64,000 nucleotides of DNA, taken from a virus. Shown here one piece after another: positions 15,620 to 26,483 of this stretch; the first letter of the stretch is position 1; the number at the start of each line of letters is the position of its first letter. The stretch spans positions 59,963 to 123,962 of the IMG/VR virus record IMGVR_UViG_3300028393_000001, one strand, 5' to 3'. Made by a program: the position numbers and the translations under genes. Under the pieces are notes generated by a model. It was not told the DNA's origin. It saw only the letters and a program-made list of their open reading frames with translations, and did no database searches.

Positions 15620-16470
15620 TGAGCGATCCAGTATTAGACTTACTTAAAGATAAGGGAGTACCTTTTCAAATTTCTGGAAAAGACTATGTAACTAAATGTT
15701 TTAATCCAGAGCATGATGACACTAACCCTAGCTTTCGTATTGACCGAATGACTGGAATAGCTCACTGTTTTTCTTGTGGATTTAAGACAAATATATTTAA
15801 ATACTATGGTCTACTAACTAATAATGTTTCTGTAAGAGTAGCAAAATTAAAAGAAAAACTAAATATTTTAAAAGAGAGTAGTGCAGGACTAGATCCCCTA
15901 GAGGGAGCAAAACCTGTTACACAGTCTTTTAGAGGTATCTCTACTCAAACATTAAAATACTTTAAGGCTTTTGAAACAGATCAAGTAGAAAAAATGCTAG
16001 ATCGCATTGTCTTTCCAATTACAGATGTTAGAGGAAAAACTGTTTGCTATGTTGGGCGTCACTCAATGTCAAATGGTAATCCTAGGTATGTTAATTACCC
16101 TAGTGGTGCTACAATTCCCTTATTCCCAGCTAAGTTTGCGGAAAAGCATAGAACAGTAGTCCTAGTAGAAGGCATATTTGATATGCTAAATTGCTACGAT
16201 AAGGGTTTAAAGAATACAGTTTGTACCTTTGGTACTAGTAAATTACTAAACGATGTTCCACAAAAACTACTTAGCTATAAAGTAATGGGTATTGAGAAAG
16301 TATTTATTCTCTATGACGGAGACGATGCAGGACGCGAAGCAGCTAAGAAGATTAAGCCGTTGATAGAAGAAGCAGGTTTCATAACAGAAATCATTGATTT
16401 ACCTGAAGGACAAGATCCTGGGGTAATTACACAAGAGGATGTAAACTCTTTAATAGAATATACAAAATGA
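15619..16470 (+). CDS. DNA primase
   Basis: C..PEH.D..PS..HCFSCG Zn finger; VEGIFD and YDGDDAG TOPRIM. Confidence 0.93.
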   Translation: MSDPVLDLLKDKGVPFQISGKDYVTKCFNPEHDDTNPSFRIDRMTGIAHCFSCGFKTNIFKYYGLLTNNVSVRVAKLKEKLNILKESSAGLDPLEGAKPVTQSFRGISTQTLKYFKAFETDQVEKMLDRIVFPITDVRGKTVCYVGRHSMSNGNPRYVNYPSGATIPLFPAKFAEKHRTVVLVEGIFDMLNCYDKGLKNTVCTFGTSKLLNDVPQKLLSYKVMGIEKVFILYDGDDAGREAAKKIKPLIEEAGFITEIIDLPEGQDPGVITQEDVNSLIEYTK

Positions 16471-18752
16471 CAAAAATTTGCATTATAGATAAAGCCCCAA
16501 GTAGAAATAATTATAGTATCTACTTTAATTTTGATTTTGAACTATTTCACATGAGTCAAGTACCTATTACTAAACTCCTTAAGAAAGATGTGGACTTAGA
16601 TATTGACTTAGAGCCGTATGACTTTGTTATCCTAGTAGGGGCTGAAGCAGCAAAAGAATATGCTAAAGTTAGTTCTGTAACTAACTATGCCGGACAACTA
16701 ATGCATGATAAATTCATATGTATTAGCAACCCAGCGATGCTACACTTCAAGCCAGAAGGTAAGCCTGATTTTCAAAGATCAGTAGATCGTATTCATAAGT
16801 ACATTGAAGGCTCTATTAAGAATGCAAGTATTACTGGAGATTATTTGGGTATTGTAAATACTACCCAAGCATTAAAATTCTTACAAGAAGTTTTTGATAA
16901 TGCTGAAGGTTATGTAGCAATGGATACAGAAACAACAGCCTTATATCCTAGAGATGGATATGTGCTGGGATTGTCTATTAGCTATAAAGATAAGCATGGC
17001 GCATATATTAGCACTGAGTGTTTAGACGAAGAGTGTCTTGAAAAAGTACAGCAGATTGCTGATAAATATGAAATAGTTTTTCATAATATGAAGTTCGACA
17101 TTAAGATGATCGAATATCATTTAGGAATTAAATTCAATAGAGCACGAGTACATGACACAATGCTAATGCACTATGCATTAGACGAAAACGATAGTCACGG
17201 CTTAAAACCTTTGGCTCTTAAATATACTGAGTATGGTGATTATGATGCAGAATTAGATAGTTTTAAGAAGGAATACTGCTCTAGCAAGGGATTATTACTT
17301 GAAGATTTTACTTATGACCTAATTCCTTTTGATGTAATTGCAAAATATGCTGCAATTGATACAGCAGTAACTATTACTTTATTCCATAAATTCTGGCCTA
17401 ATGTTCAAAAGAATACTAAGCTATTATGGGTATATAAGAACATTTTAATACCTGGTACCCTATTCTTAATGGATATGGAAGAAGTAGGTATTCCAATTGA
17501 TCGTGAAAGAATGACTTCAGCCGAGGGTTTCTTAGACTTACAAATTGCAGAAGCAAAACAAGAAGTATATGCTTTTCAAGAAGTTAAAGACTTTGAAAAA
17601 GACGCAGGAATTATATTTAATCCAAACTCAGTACAACAACTTAGAAAAGTTTTGTTCGACTATGTTAAACTTACTCCCACCGGAAAGAAGACCGGCACCG
17701 GAGCTATTTCAACTGATGCCGAAGTGCTTGAAGAACTATCCGAAGAACACCCACTACCAGCAGCCATACTTAAAGTTAGACAGCTTGGTAAGATCAAGAA
17801 TACTTACATCAGTAAAATCCTACCAGAGTTAGACAAAGATGGCCGAATTCGTACAAATTTTAATCTTATTTTTACCACTAGTGGGCGTTTGTCTAGTAGT
17901 GGGAAATTTAATGCTCAACAGATTCCACGAGATAATTCAATCATCAAAGGATGTATTAAGGCACCTGAAGGTTACAAAATAGTATCACAAGACTTAACAA
18001 CAGCTGAAATGTACTATGCGGCCGTTCTTAGTACTGATAAGAATCTTCAACAAGTTTTTATATCAGGCGGCGACTTTCACAGTACTATTGCTAAAATGGT
18101 GTTTGATCTAGTTTGCGAGGTTGAAGATGTTAAGAACACTTTTGGTTCTATGCGTCAATCAGCAAAAGCAATTTCATTCGGAATCTTATATGGTTCTGGC
18201 CCTCAAAAAGTATCTGATACAGTATCAAAATCAACAGGTGAATACTATGGTATCGACAGAGCAAAACAAGATATTAAATCTTACTTTGAAAAATTCAATA
18301 AACTTAAAAAGTGGCTGGATAGCCGTAAAGAATTTATTCAAGCTAATGGTTACACTTATAGCTTTTTTGGCAGGAAGCGTCGTCTTATCAATGTGTTCTC
18401 CACAGATAAGGGAATTGCTGCCCACGAGGTACGTTCCGGAATCAATGCAGAAGTACAATCTTTAGCAAGTGATATGAACCTATTTGGCGCTATGGATACT
18501 GCTAATGAAATCAAAGCTAAAGGTATAGACGCTAAAATATTCATGTTAGTACATGACTCAATTGTAGCCTTAGTTAAAGACGAGTGTGTAGAAGAATATT
18601 GCGAAATATTGAAGAGAAATACTCAAAAAGATCGTGGTTGTTCTATACAAGGTTATCCAATTGGTGTAGATCAAGAAGTAGGACAGGATTATAGTTTTGG
18701 AAAATTTGATAAACAGTATCTCGTTGAAGGACATAGCTTATCCAGTATTTAA
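16467..18752 (+). CDS. family A DNA polymerase with 3'-5' exonuclease
   Basis: DTET, HNMKFD, YAAID exo motifs; SGRLSS, QDLTTAE, RQSAKAISFGILYG, VHDS. Confidence 0.96.
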   Translation: MTKICIIDKAPSRNNYSIYFNFDFELFHMSQVPITKLLKKDVDLDIDLEPYDFVILVGAEAAKEYAKVSSVTNYAGQLMHDKFICISNPAMLHFKPEGKPDFQRSVDRIHKYIEGSIKNASITGDYLGIVNTTQALKFLQEVFDNAEGYVAMDTETTALYPRDGYVLGLSISYKDKHGAYISTECLDEECLEKVQQIADKYEIVFHNMKFDIKMIEYHLGIKFNRARVHDTMLMHYALDENDSHGLKPLALKYTEYGDYDAELDSFKKEYCSSKGLLLEDFTYDLIPFDVIAKYAAIDTAVTITLFHKFWPNVQKNTKLLWVYKNILIPGTLFLMDMEEVGIPIDRERMTSAEGFLDLQIAEAKQEVYAFQEVKDFEKDAGIIFNPNSVQQLRKVLFDYVKLTPTGKKTGTGAISTDAEVLEELSEEHPLPAAILKVRQLGKIKNTYISKILPELDKDGRIRTNFNLIFTTSGRLSSSGKFNAQQIPRDNSIIKGCIKAPEGYKIVSQDLTTAEMYYAAVLSTDKNLQQVFISGGDFHSTIAKMVFDLVCEVEDVKNTFGSMRQSAKAISFGILYGSGPQKVSDTVSKSTGEYYGIDRAKQDIKSYFEKFNKLKKWLDSRKEFIQANGYTYSFFGRKRRLINVFSTDKGIAAHEVRSGINAEVQSLASDMNLFGAMDTANEIKAKGIDAKIFMLVHDSIVALVKDECVEEYCEILKRNTQKDRGCSIQGYPIGVDQEVGQDYSFGKFDKQYLVEGHSLSSI

Positions 18753-19248
18753 ATTAGGGTTAATTAAACCTGAAACTATGGATAAAGTAGTTTTCTACCT
18801 ATATCAATATGAGTCAGAAGATAATGAAACTATTGCAAAGTTAAAAATAGTAGACGATTTAAATATAGACAAAGATAGTTTAGCACTTAGAAGATTAAAA
18901 TTAAAATCTGAAGGTGCTAACCTATTCAAAATTAATAAAGCTGTATATTTTATTGGCGACTTAATTAAAATAGCTACACCACATACGTGGTTTATAGACT
19001 CTAATGGAAAAATATTTAAATATGCAAAAACTACTAAAGCTAAACTTAAATTTCATAAAATAAAAGCACTAATACCAATAAAAGGAGGCGGAGTAATAAT
19101 AGAAGTAGAAGATCTAAATACTAGATTTAAAGCTCTGTATACTCCCGAAAGCATGAATAGATACGCAGGAATCTTACATTATGGTAAATCTTTGATTTTA
19201 TATGGCTTTTATGATAAGGCGTATGAAGAAACTTGGAGAAAGATTTAA
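18697..19248 (+). CDS. conserved T5-like hypothetical protein
   Basis: Lies between pol and D10 as in T5; FIDSNG motif; start uncertain. Confidence 0.7.
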   Translation: MENLINSISLKDIAYPVFKLGLIKPETMDKVVFYLYQYESEDNETIAKLKIVDDLNIDKDSLALRRLKLKSEGANLFKINKAVYFIGDLIKIATPHTWFIDSNGKIFKYAKTTKAKLKFHKIKALIPIKGGGVIIEVEDLNTRFKALYTPESMNRYAGILHYGKSLILYGFYDKAYEETWRKI

Positions 19249-20543
19249 TGCCTAAAGCAATTATATCAAATAAAATTTACCTAGAAACCACAACTGAATT
19301 AGCACAGAAGTTAATTAAAACTCTTACTTATAAAATCCGTAGAAATATTCCTGGTGCTAAAAGTCATTTTATTCAATTTGACATAGTTAAGAATTATAAA
19401 GTAATGCCTAAGGGTGTTATGTCTATACCTGTGGGTAGAATAGATTTAATTCCTGAAGGGTATGAAATTACAGACAAAAGAATAATAAATGAGCTACCAT
19501 TTCCCAATCCTAAATTTCCACTAAGAGGAAGTCAGCTTGACGTATATAATAAGGTTGATGATACCTGCTTTATTAATGCAATGGTAGGTTGGGGTAAAAC
19601 TTTTACTGCCTTACATATTGCTAGAAAATTAGGTCAAAAAACACTTATAGTATGTCACAATACTATGCTGAGAGATCAATGGATAGAAGAAGTTGAGAAA
19701 TTATATGAAATGCCTGTTGGAGTTATTGGTTCTGGCAAATTTGATATAGATCACTCCATAGTAGTAGGAAACATACAGACTTTAGTAAAGTTAATACCAC
19801 AAATTGCAAAAGAGTTTGGCACAGTAATAGTTGATGAAGCCCACCACTGCCCGGCTAGTACTTTTACTGCTTTTATTGATAGTATGCATGCCCGTTATAA
19901 AATTGGGCTTAGTGGTACTATGCAACGTAAAGACGGTAAACAGATATTATTTAAAGACTTCTTTGGTACAAAACTATATCAACCCCCACAAGAAAACACT
20001 CTTACTCCCACAGTACAGGTTATTAAAACAGGTATTTCTCTTTCACCTGGAGAACCTTGGGTTAAAAAAATAAATAATCTATTATACGATCCAGACTATC
20101 AACATTTTATAGCTGCTGCTGCTAAAATACAGATTGATAAAGGCCACAAAGTCCTTGTTATTGCAGATAGGGTAGAATTTCTTAAACAAGTAGGAGAACT
20201 AATTGGTGAAACGTGTGTGTGCATTGTTGGTGGGACAACCTTTGAAGAAAGAATCCTACTCAAAGAACAAATTGAATCAGGAGAAAAAAGTTGCATTGCT
20301 GGAAGTAGACAGATTTTCTCAGAAGGTATATCAGTCAACATCCTTAGCTGTGTAATACTAGCTGTACCAATAGCAAATGACGGTCTATTAGAGCAGATTA
20401 TTGGACGAATAATGAGACAACATGAAAATAAGTTATCTCCATTAGTGGTAGATATGATGTTTAGTGGTGCAAGCGACAGAAAGCAAAACAAAGATCGCAT
20501 AGCATTTTATATGAGAAAGGGTTGGACGATACTAGGCTTATGA
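19248..20543 (+). CDS. SF2 DNA helicase (T5 D10)
   Basis: GWGKT, DEAH, LSGT, SEG, QIIGRIMR. Confidence 0.93.
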   Translation: MPKAIISNKIYLETTTELAQKLIKTLTYKIRRNIPGAKSHFIQFDIVKNYKVMPKGVMSIPVGRIDLIPEGYEITDKRIINELPFPNPKFPLRGSQLDVYNKVDDTCFINAMVGWGKTFTALHIARKLGQKTLIVCHNTMLRDQWIEEVEKLYEMPVGVIGSGKFDIDHSIVVGNIQTLVKLIPQIAKEFGTVIVDEAHHCPASTFTAFIDSMHARYKIGLSGTMQRKDGKQILFKDFFGTKLYQPPQENTLTPTVQVIKTGISLSPGEPWVKKINNLLYDPDYQHFIAAAAKIQIDKGHKVLVIADRVEFLKQVGELIGETCVCIVGGTTFEERILLKEQIESGEKSCIAGSRQIFSEGISVNILSCVILAVPIANDGLLEQIIGRIMRQHENKLSPLVVDMMFSGASDRKQNKDRIAFYMRKGWTILGL

Positions 20544-20552
20544 AAAATACAC

Positions 20553-20581
20553 TTGCAAACGTATTCCAATAATGCTATAAT
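20553..20581 (+). promoter_or_regulatory. sigma70-type promoter
   Basis: TTGCAA-17-TATAAT with extended TG. Confidence 0.75.
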
Positions 20582-20600
20582 ATGTATTCCAGCGATAATT

Positions 20601-20981
20601 ATGGCTTTGTTCTTTAACTTAAAAACTCTTGAACAACAATCAAATGGTGATAGTAGTAGTTTTATGGCAATGCTAGAGTATCATTACTCTAAAAGATTAC
20701 CTTATAAATATTCTAAACATAAACCTAGTAAAGTATCACTGGCTGGTAACTGTTTTATTTTAAATCCAGAGGCACTATTTGCGGACAAACCAACAGATAT
20801 ATTATTTAAAATCCAATATATCAAACTAGCTGCTAGGCGTGACTATAATTTATATAAACAGTACAATTATCGGGCACTACAAAAATCATACTACCCTGAT
20901 ATAGACTATACTTCAATCAAATACAATCCGTTATTAATAATAACAAATACAGAGATACTCTTTAAATACGAGGAAAATTAA
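20601..20981 (+). CDS. conserved T5-like hypothetical protein
   Basis: First ATG after promoter; QYIKLAARR and NPLL motifs. Confidence 0.7.
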   Translation: MALFFNLKTLEQQSNGDSSSFMAMLEYHYSKRLPYKYSKHKPSKVSLAGNCFILNPEALFADKPTDILFKIQYIKLAARRDYNLYKQYNYRALQKSYYPDIDYTSIKYNPLLIITNTEILFKYEEN

Positions 20982-20984
20982 AAA

Positions 20985-21632
20985 ATGGCATTAGCTTTTT
21001 CACAAACCAAAGGTAAAGCAATCAAAAAATCTTTTGATGCTTATGAATATAAGGACGGAGAAAACACTGTTCGAATTGTTGGAGGTATTTTACCTCGCTA
21101 TGTTTACTGGCTCAAAGGCACAAATGCTAAGGATATTCCAGTTGAATGCTTAGCATTTGACCGCGAAGCTGAAAAGTTCAACAACAAGGAATATGATCAT
21201 GTTCCTGACTACTTCTCAGATAAAAAATGTTCTTGGTCTTATAGCACAAATTGCATCGATCTAAAAGACGGTAAAGTCAAAATCTTAAACTTGAAAAAGA
21301 AATTGTTTGAACAAATTTGTCAAGCAGCAGAAGATTTAGGCGACCCTACTGATACAGATAGTGGATGGGATGTAGTATTTAAACGTGTTAAGACTGGCCC
21401 CCTGCCTTTCAACGTTGAATATACTCTTTCAGTTCTACGTTGCAAAAAGCGGGCACTTACTGAAGCTGAAATAGAGGCTGCAACAGCTTCTGAGAGTATC
21501 GATGTGAAATATCCTCGTCAAACTCCAGAAGAGGTAAAAGCCACACTGGAGCGTATCTTGAAGGGCCCTGCCGGAGAAGAAGCAGCAGACTCAACAACGG
21601 ATAACGAAGCAGTTAGCGATCTAGCACATTAA
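20985..21632 (+). CDS. T5 D11-like ssDNA-binding protein
   Basis: RYVYW, ECL.FDR..E.F, GDPTD...GWDV.FKR.KTGP..NVEY; acidic tail. Confidence 0.85.
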   Translation: MALAFSQTKGKAIKKSFDAYEYKDGENTVRIVGGILPRYVYWLKGTNAKDIPVECLAFDREAEKFNNKEYDHVPDYFSDKKCSWSYSTNCIDLKDGKVKILNLKKKLFEQICQAAEDLGDPTDTDSGWDVVFKRVKTGPLPFNVEYTLSVLRCKKRALTEAEIEAATASESIDVKYPRQTPEEVKATLERILKGPAGEEAADSTTDNEAVSDLAH

Positions 21633-21637
21633 TAAAT

Positions 21638-21672
21638 AAGCCCCTAAGTATTAGTAACTTAGGGGCTTTTTT
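21638..21672 (+). terminator. intrinsic terminator
   Basis: AAGCCCCTAAGT..ACTTAGGGGCTT plus T run. Confidence 0.85.
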
Positions 21673-21683
21673 CACTATAAATT

Positions 21684-22634
21684 ATGAAAGTTTTATTTAC
21701 AGCAGATATTCATATTAAACTAGGTCAAAAAAACGTCCCAATTGATTGGGCTAAAAGCAGGTATGATAAGTTTATAAAACAACTATCTACTCTACAACAA
21801 AACTGTGACCTTTTAGTATTAGGCGGCGATATATTTGATCGTATGCCAACAATGGATGAATTAGAAGTCTATTTTGACCTTATAGCATCCATTTCAATAC
21901 CTTGTATTATATATGCAGGGAACCACGAGGCATTAAAGAAAGACACAACATTCTTTACTAGCCTTAAGCGTAGTACTCAAAGACTTAACTCAAAAGTTAC
22001 AGTTATAGATGATTATTACTCTTTGGAGAATATGGACTTTATTCCATATAATAAATTAAAAGATTTTAATCCTAATGATTTTACTGGTAATATTCTTTTT
22101 ACTCATGTACGTGGCGAAATCCCTCCGCATGTAAAACCTGAAGTTGACTTAGATGTATTTAATCGCTGGGACGTAGTACTGGCCGGAGACCTACATAGTT
22201 ATGAGAATTCACAGAGAAACATTTTATATCCTGGCAGCCCTTGTACTACTAGCTTTCATAGAAATAGAGTTAATACAGGCGTCATCTGTTTTGATACTAC
22301 TACTCTTCAACATGACTGGGTACATCTCGAACTTCCTCAGCTAATACGTAAAACTATTAGGGCTGGAGATGAAATGCCTGGCACTGACTACGATCATACC
22401 ATATACGAAGTTGAAGGTGACATGAGCGAACTGGGCGCCATGGAGGACAATACGCTTATAGATAAAAAAGTAGTTCGTAGACAAACAGATACTGCTCTTA
22501 TACTTGATCCTAGTATGACACTAGCTGCAGAATTAACCGAATACTTACTATATATTTTGCAGCTTCCAGATAATACAGTTCAAGATATAGTACAAATCTT
22601 AAACAATAACTTAGATAAGATTACTACAGAATGA
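21684..22634 (+). CDS. Mre11/SbcD-like nuclease (T5 D12)
   Basis: ADIH, GDIFD, GNHE, GDLH, YPGS metallophosphoesterase motifs. Confidence 0.93.
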   Translation: MKVLFTADIHIKLGQKNVPIDWAKSRYDKFIKQLSTLQQNCDLLVLGGDIFDRMPTMDELEVYFDLIASISIPCIIYAGNHEALKKDTTFFTSLKRSTQRLNSKVTVIDDYYSLENMDFIPYNKLKDFNPNDFTGNILFTHVRGEIPPHVKPEVDLDVFNRWDVVLAGDLHSYENSQRNILYPGSPCTTSFHRNRVNTGVICFDTTTLQHDWVHLELPQLIRKTIRAGDEMPGTDYDHTIYEVEGDMSELGAMEDNTLIDKKVVRRQTDTALILDPSMTLAAELTEYLLYILQLPDNTVQDIVQILNNNLDKITTE

Positions 22635-24439
22635 TTATATTTAAAGAAATTAGATGGAGTAATGCTTTCTCATATGGACCTAATAATGTAATTAAATTAG
22701 ACAGTGCTCCATTAACACAAATTGTTGGTAAGAATGGACACGGCAAAAGTTCTATAGCTTTAATTCTTGAAGAAGTCCTTTACAACCAAAACTCCAAAAA
22801 AATAAAGAAAGCAGATATACTTAATAGATACACATCTGATAAAACCTACTCAATAGAGTTAGATTTTAATAAAGATGGTGCAGACTATACAGTAAAAACA
22901 TCAAGAACCAATGCATCTACCTCTGTAAAATTGCTAAGAGACAGTGTAGATATTAGCAGTCATACTGCCACTAACACCTATAAAGCCATAGAAACTATAA
23001 TTGGTTTTGATCATAAAACTTTTAGTCAAATAGTTTATCAAAGTAGTGTTTCTAGTTTAGAATTTTTAACAGCAACAGATACGGCAAGAAAGAAGTTTTT
23101 AATAGAATTATTAAATCTATCTATGTATACCAAAGCTTCTGAGTGTTTCAAAGAACTTACCTCAGATATGAATAAGAAAGTAGATGCTATTCAAGCCAAA
23201 CTTTCAACTGTACGTAGTTGGTTATCTAAATATGAAAAAGAAGATTTATCACTTAAAGAACTAGAAGAAGAAATAGAGCCGCCAACAGAACAAACTTCTA
23301 AATTAACTTTATTAAAACACGAATTATTAAATATAGAGACTACTAATAAAAAGATTGTGCAAAATAACACGTACAAACAGATTATTAATAGTATAGTACT
23401 TGATGACCCTGCTCCACCTTCTATAGATGATAGCTTCCTTAATGCTTTAAAAGTAGAATTATCTAGCAAAGACTCAAAACTTAGGGAAGGTACGACTTTA
23501 TCTAAAAAGTGTCTAGGTCCTACTATTAAGTGTCCAACTTGTTCTCAAGATATGGATAACAGCACTATGTTTACCCTAGTAGAACAATTCAAAATAGACA
23601 AAATATCCCTTGAAAAAGATATTAAAGGTCTAAATGCAAAAATAGAGACCTCTGAGAGTATTATTTCTAAGTATAAAGCACACCAGAAAAAAGTAATTGA
23701 GTGGGAAAAGTACTATGCTTTAATAGATAACGATCTAACTAGTGAGTTATTAAATAAAGACGAACTATCTAGTAAGATTATTGGATTAGAAAAATCTATA
23801 AATGAAGTTAATAGTGCGATTACTAAAATTAGAACTAAGAATAAGAGTGTTAATGAACATAACTCTAAGGTAATAGTTATTAGTAGTCAAATGGCTGATA
23901 TGAGAGAAGAATTAGCAGAATACTCTACAGAATTATCAAAATATACAGCAGAGTTATCTAATTTACAAGTATTAGTTAAAGCGTTCTCTACTACTGGATT
24001 AGTAGCATATAAGATCGAGTGTTTAGTCAAAGATCTAGAAAGTCTTACTAACGAATACTTAGCCGAGTTAGCTGATGGTAGATTTCAGTTAGCATTTAAA
24101 ATAGCTTCTTCGGATAAACTAAATGTTGTTATTATTGACAATAGTCATGACGTGGATATCCTTGCTCTTTCTAGTGGTGAGCGTGCTCGCGTTAATGTGG
24201 CTACTTTGCTTGCTATTCGTAAACTTATGCAGACTTTATCTAACTCGCGTACTAATCTTCTTATCCTCGACGAAACAGTGGAAAATCTTGATGCAGAAGG
24301 TAAAGAAAAGTTGATTGAAGTTCTCTTAAAAGAAGAAAGCTTAAATACTTTCTTAATATCTCACGGATTTACGCATCCTCTACTAGAAAAACTACAGGTG
24401 CTTAAACAGCGCAATATGTCAAGGATAGATAATGGTTGA
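22631..24439 (+). CDS. Rad50/SbcC-like ATPase (T5 D13)
   Basis: GKNGHGKS, CPTC hook, LSSGE, ILDE, ISH. Confidence 0.93.
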   Translation: MIIFKEIRWSNAFSYGPNNVIKLDSAPLTQIVGKNGHGKSSIALILEEVLYNQNSKKIKKADILNRYTSDKTYSIELDFNKDGADYTVKTSRTNASTSVKLLRDSVDISSHTATNTYKAIETIIGFDHKTFSQIVYQSSVSSLEFLTATDTARKKFLIELLNLSMYTKASECFKELTSDMNKKVDAIQAKLSTVRSWLSKYEKEDLSLKELEEEIEPPTEQTSKLTLLKHELLNIETTNKKIVQNNTYKQIINSIVLDDPAPPSIDDSFLNALKVELSSKDSKLREGTTLSKKCLGPTIKCPTCSQDMDNSTMFTLVEQFKIDKISLEKDIKGLNAKIETSESIISKYKAHQKKVIEWEKYYALIDNDLTSELLNKDELSSKIIGLEKSINEVNSAITKIRTKNKSVNEHNSKVIVISSQMADMREELAEYSTELSKYTAELSNLQVLVKAFSTTGLVAYKIECLVKDLESLTNEYLAELADGRFQLAFKIASSDKLNVVIIDNSHDVDILALSSGERARVNVATLLAIRKLMQTLSNSRTNLLILDETVENLDAEGKEKLIEVLLKEESLNTFLISHGFTHPLLEKLQVLKQRNMSRIDNG

Positions 24440-24884
24440 TAGTAGAGAAAAAGGCGCCAGGGCTGAAACATTAGCTAGAGACGCTCTTAGAAAACTATCT
24501 AAATTACAATGGGAAAGAACGCCAGGATCTGGCGCTCTTGACCCTAAACATTTGCTAAAAGGTGACTTGTACATACCTGGTGAGAAAAATCTTTATGTAG
24601 TAGAAGTAAAACATTACGCAGAAGATCATCTTACTAGTGCCTTATTAACCCATAAAAAGCCGCAATTTTTTGAGTGGTGGGAGCAGGCGGTAAGGCAGGG
24701 TAAGCAAGTAAAACAAAAACCTTTACTTATATTTAAATTTGATAGATCTAAGCTATTCGTAGGGTATGAGGATATACCTTCTGGCGTATACAACTATATG
24801 TTTGTAAATGCCCATGGGTACGAAGTATATATTAGTCTCCTAGAAGATTGGTATGAGAACGAGCAACCAAAATTTATCGCTTGA
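24432..24884 (+). CDS. PD-(D/E)XK nuclease/resolvase (T5 D14)
   Basis: SREKG.RAE, PGSGA, GD, VEVK. Confidence 0.85.
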   Translation: MVDSREKGARAETLARDALRKLSKLQWERTPGSGALDPKHLLKGDLYIPGEKNLYVVEVKHYAEDHLTSALLTHKKPQFFEWWEQAVRQGKQVKQKPLLIFKFDRSKLFVGYEDIPSGVYNYMFVNAHGYEVYISLLEDWYENEQPKFIA

Positions 24885-24909
24885 CAAAGGTCACTAGATT
24901 TGGTATAAT
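24881..24909 (+). promoter_or_regulatory. consensus sigma70 promoter
   Basis: TTGACA-17-TATAAT; ATG 6 nt downstream. Confidence 0.85.
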
Positions 24910-24915
24910 ATACAC

Positions 24916-25779
24916 ATGACAAAAACATTTGAACAACTAAACCAGTCTGACCCTAAATCGTTAATGATTTTGGATTCCCTAAACCTTGCCTTTCGCTATA
25001 AGCATTCAAAGGCAGTAGATTTTGCCACAGATTATATGCGGACTGTTGAAAGTCTCCAGAAATCTTACAAAACTAAAAAACTTATTATTGCAGGTGATAT
25101 GGGCGCTAGTTCATATCGCAAAGCTCTTTACCCTCTCTACAAACAGAATCGCAAAGATAAGTATGCGAATCAAACTGAGGAAGAGGCTGCTGAGTTTGAG
25201 GCATTCTTTGAAGAAGTACAAGTTATCCTTTCAACATACGAAGATGAAGGTAAGTTTCCTGTTGTGCGTTTCCCAAATGTAGAAGCAGATGATATTGCCG
25301 CTTACATAGTATCAAAACGTAAAAAGTATAGTATTAATCAAGTATGGTTAGTATCATCTGACAAAGATTGGGACTTGCTAGTAGCTCCTGGAGTTTCACG
25401 TTTCTCATACGTTACTCGCAAAGAGATAACTCATGATAACTGGGATACACATTACGAGTGTACACAAGATGAGTATATTTCTATTAAATGCCTTATGGGT
25501 GACTCAGGCGACAATGTTGTGGGCGTTCCTGGTGTGGGGCCAAAACGTGCGCTTCAGCTTGTCCAAGATTATGGTAGTGCTTATGACATTATCGCAGCTT
25601 TGCCTATCAGTAGTAAGTATAAATATATTACCGCACTTAATGAGTTCGGTAGTGAAGGTTTAATGCTAAACTACAAATTAATGGATTTAGTTACCCACTG
25701 CGAAGAAGCAATTGGTGAAGAAAATTGTAAAAATATTAACAAAGTAATGGACTTTTATTTAAATGAAGATATTAGTTAA
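24916..25779 (+). CDS. flap endonuclease / 5'-3' exonuclease (T5 D15)
   Basis: YKQNR, EADD, SDKD, GDSGDN..GVPGVG.K. Confidence 0.95.
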   Translation: MTKTFEQLNQSDPKSLMILDSLNLAFRYKHSKAVDFATDYMRTVESLQKSYKTKKLIIAGDMGASSYRKALYPLYKQNRKDKYANQTEEEAAEFEAFFEEVQVILSTYEDEGKFPVVRFPNVEADDIAAYIVSKRKKYSINQVWLVSSDKDWDLLVAPGVSRFSYVTRKEITHDNWDTHYECTQDEYISIKCLMGDSGDNVVGVPGVGPKRALQLVQDYGSAYDIIAALPISSKYKYITALNEFGSEGLMLNYKLMDLVTHCEEAIGEENCKNINKVMDFYLNEDIS

Positions 25780-26197
25780 AACAGATGATAGTAGAGCAGT
25801 GCCTTTTAGGGCACACCCTACAGATGCAGGTGCAGACTTAGTTTCTAATAAAGAGATAGCACTATATCCTGGTGAAACAAAATTAGTAGACACTGGTGTT
25901 GCGGTTAAAATTCCTGAGAATTATGTTGGTTTAGTATTTAACCGATCATCACAGGGTAAAATTCATGTAACTATACCTCATTCAGTTGGAGTAATTGACT
26001 CAGACTATCGTGGTAATATTAAAGTCCTATTACAAAATAACGGGGAAGACCCCTACTTTATCTCTCGTTATACAACCCGAATTGCACAGCTAGTAGTTGT
26101 ACCAATAGTTCTTCCTGATTTTAAAGGATGGGATTCAACTACTGAGCCTTGGGATGATACTACTAGAGGTGCAGGCGGATTTGGAAGTACTGGTTAA
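25763..26197 (+). CDS. dut: trimeric dUTPase
   Basis: DAGAD, RSS, GVIDSDYRG, RIAQ, RGAGGFGSTG. Confidence 0.96.
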   Translation: MKILVKTDDSRAVPFRAHPTDAGADLVSNKEIALYPGETKLVDTGVAVKIPENYVGLVFNRSSQGKIHVTIPHSVGVIDSDYRGNIKVLLQNNGEDPYFISRYTTRIAQLVVVPIVLPDFKGWDSTTEPWDDTTRGAGGFGSTG

Positions 26198-26214
26198 TTA
26201 AAAAAGGAAATAAA

Positions 26215-26469
26215 ATGATTAAACTTAAATATAAAGAAGATGGTAGTATTACACTTAAAGGTCTAAATGAGTATCACTTAGACCTTATTGCAGTTTTGGT
26301 TAATAGCGTGCGACTGGGCGACGAAACCCCTAGTTCTCAAGCCGCTTTTGACTTATGTGAGTTCTTTGAACAGGAACAATTCCCTGAAGAAGAAATCGAA
26401 TTAGTAGTTGTTAATAATAAAAACGACAAACACATTGAAGATTTTACCTTAGAAGTAAATCAGTTATAA
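26215..26469 (+). CDS. hypothetical acidic protein
   Basis: AAGGA SD, ORF. Confidence 0.65.
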   Translation: MIKLKYKEDGSITLKGLNEYHLDLIAVLVNSVRLGDETPSSQAAFDLCEFFEQEQFPEEEIELVVVNNKNDKHIEDFTLEVNQL

Positions 26470-26483
26470 TCAGAAAGAAGTAA

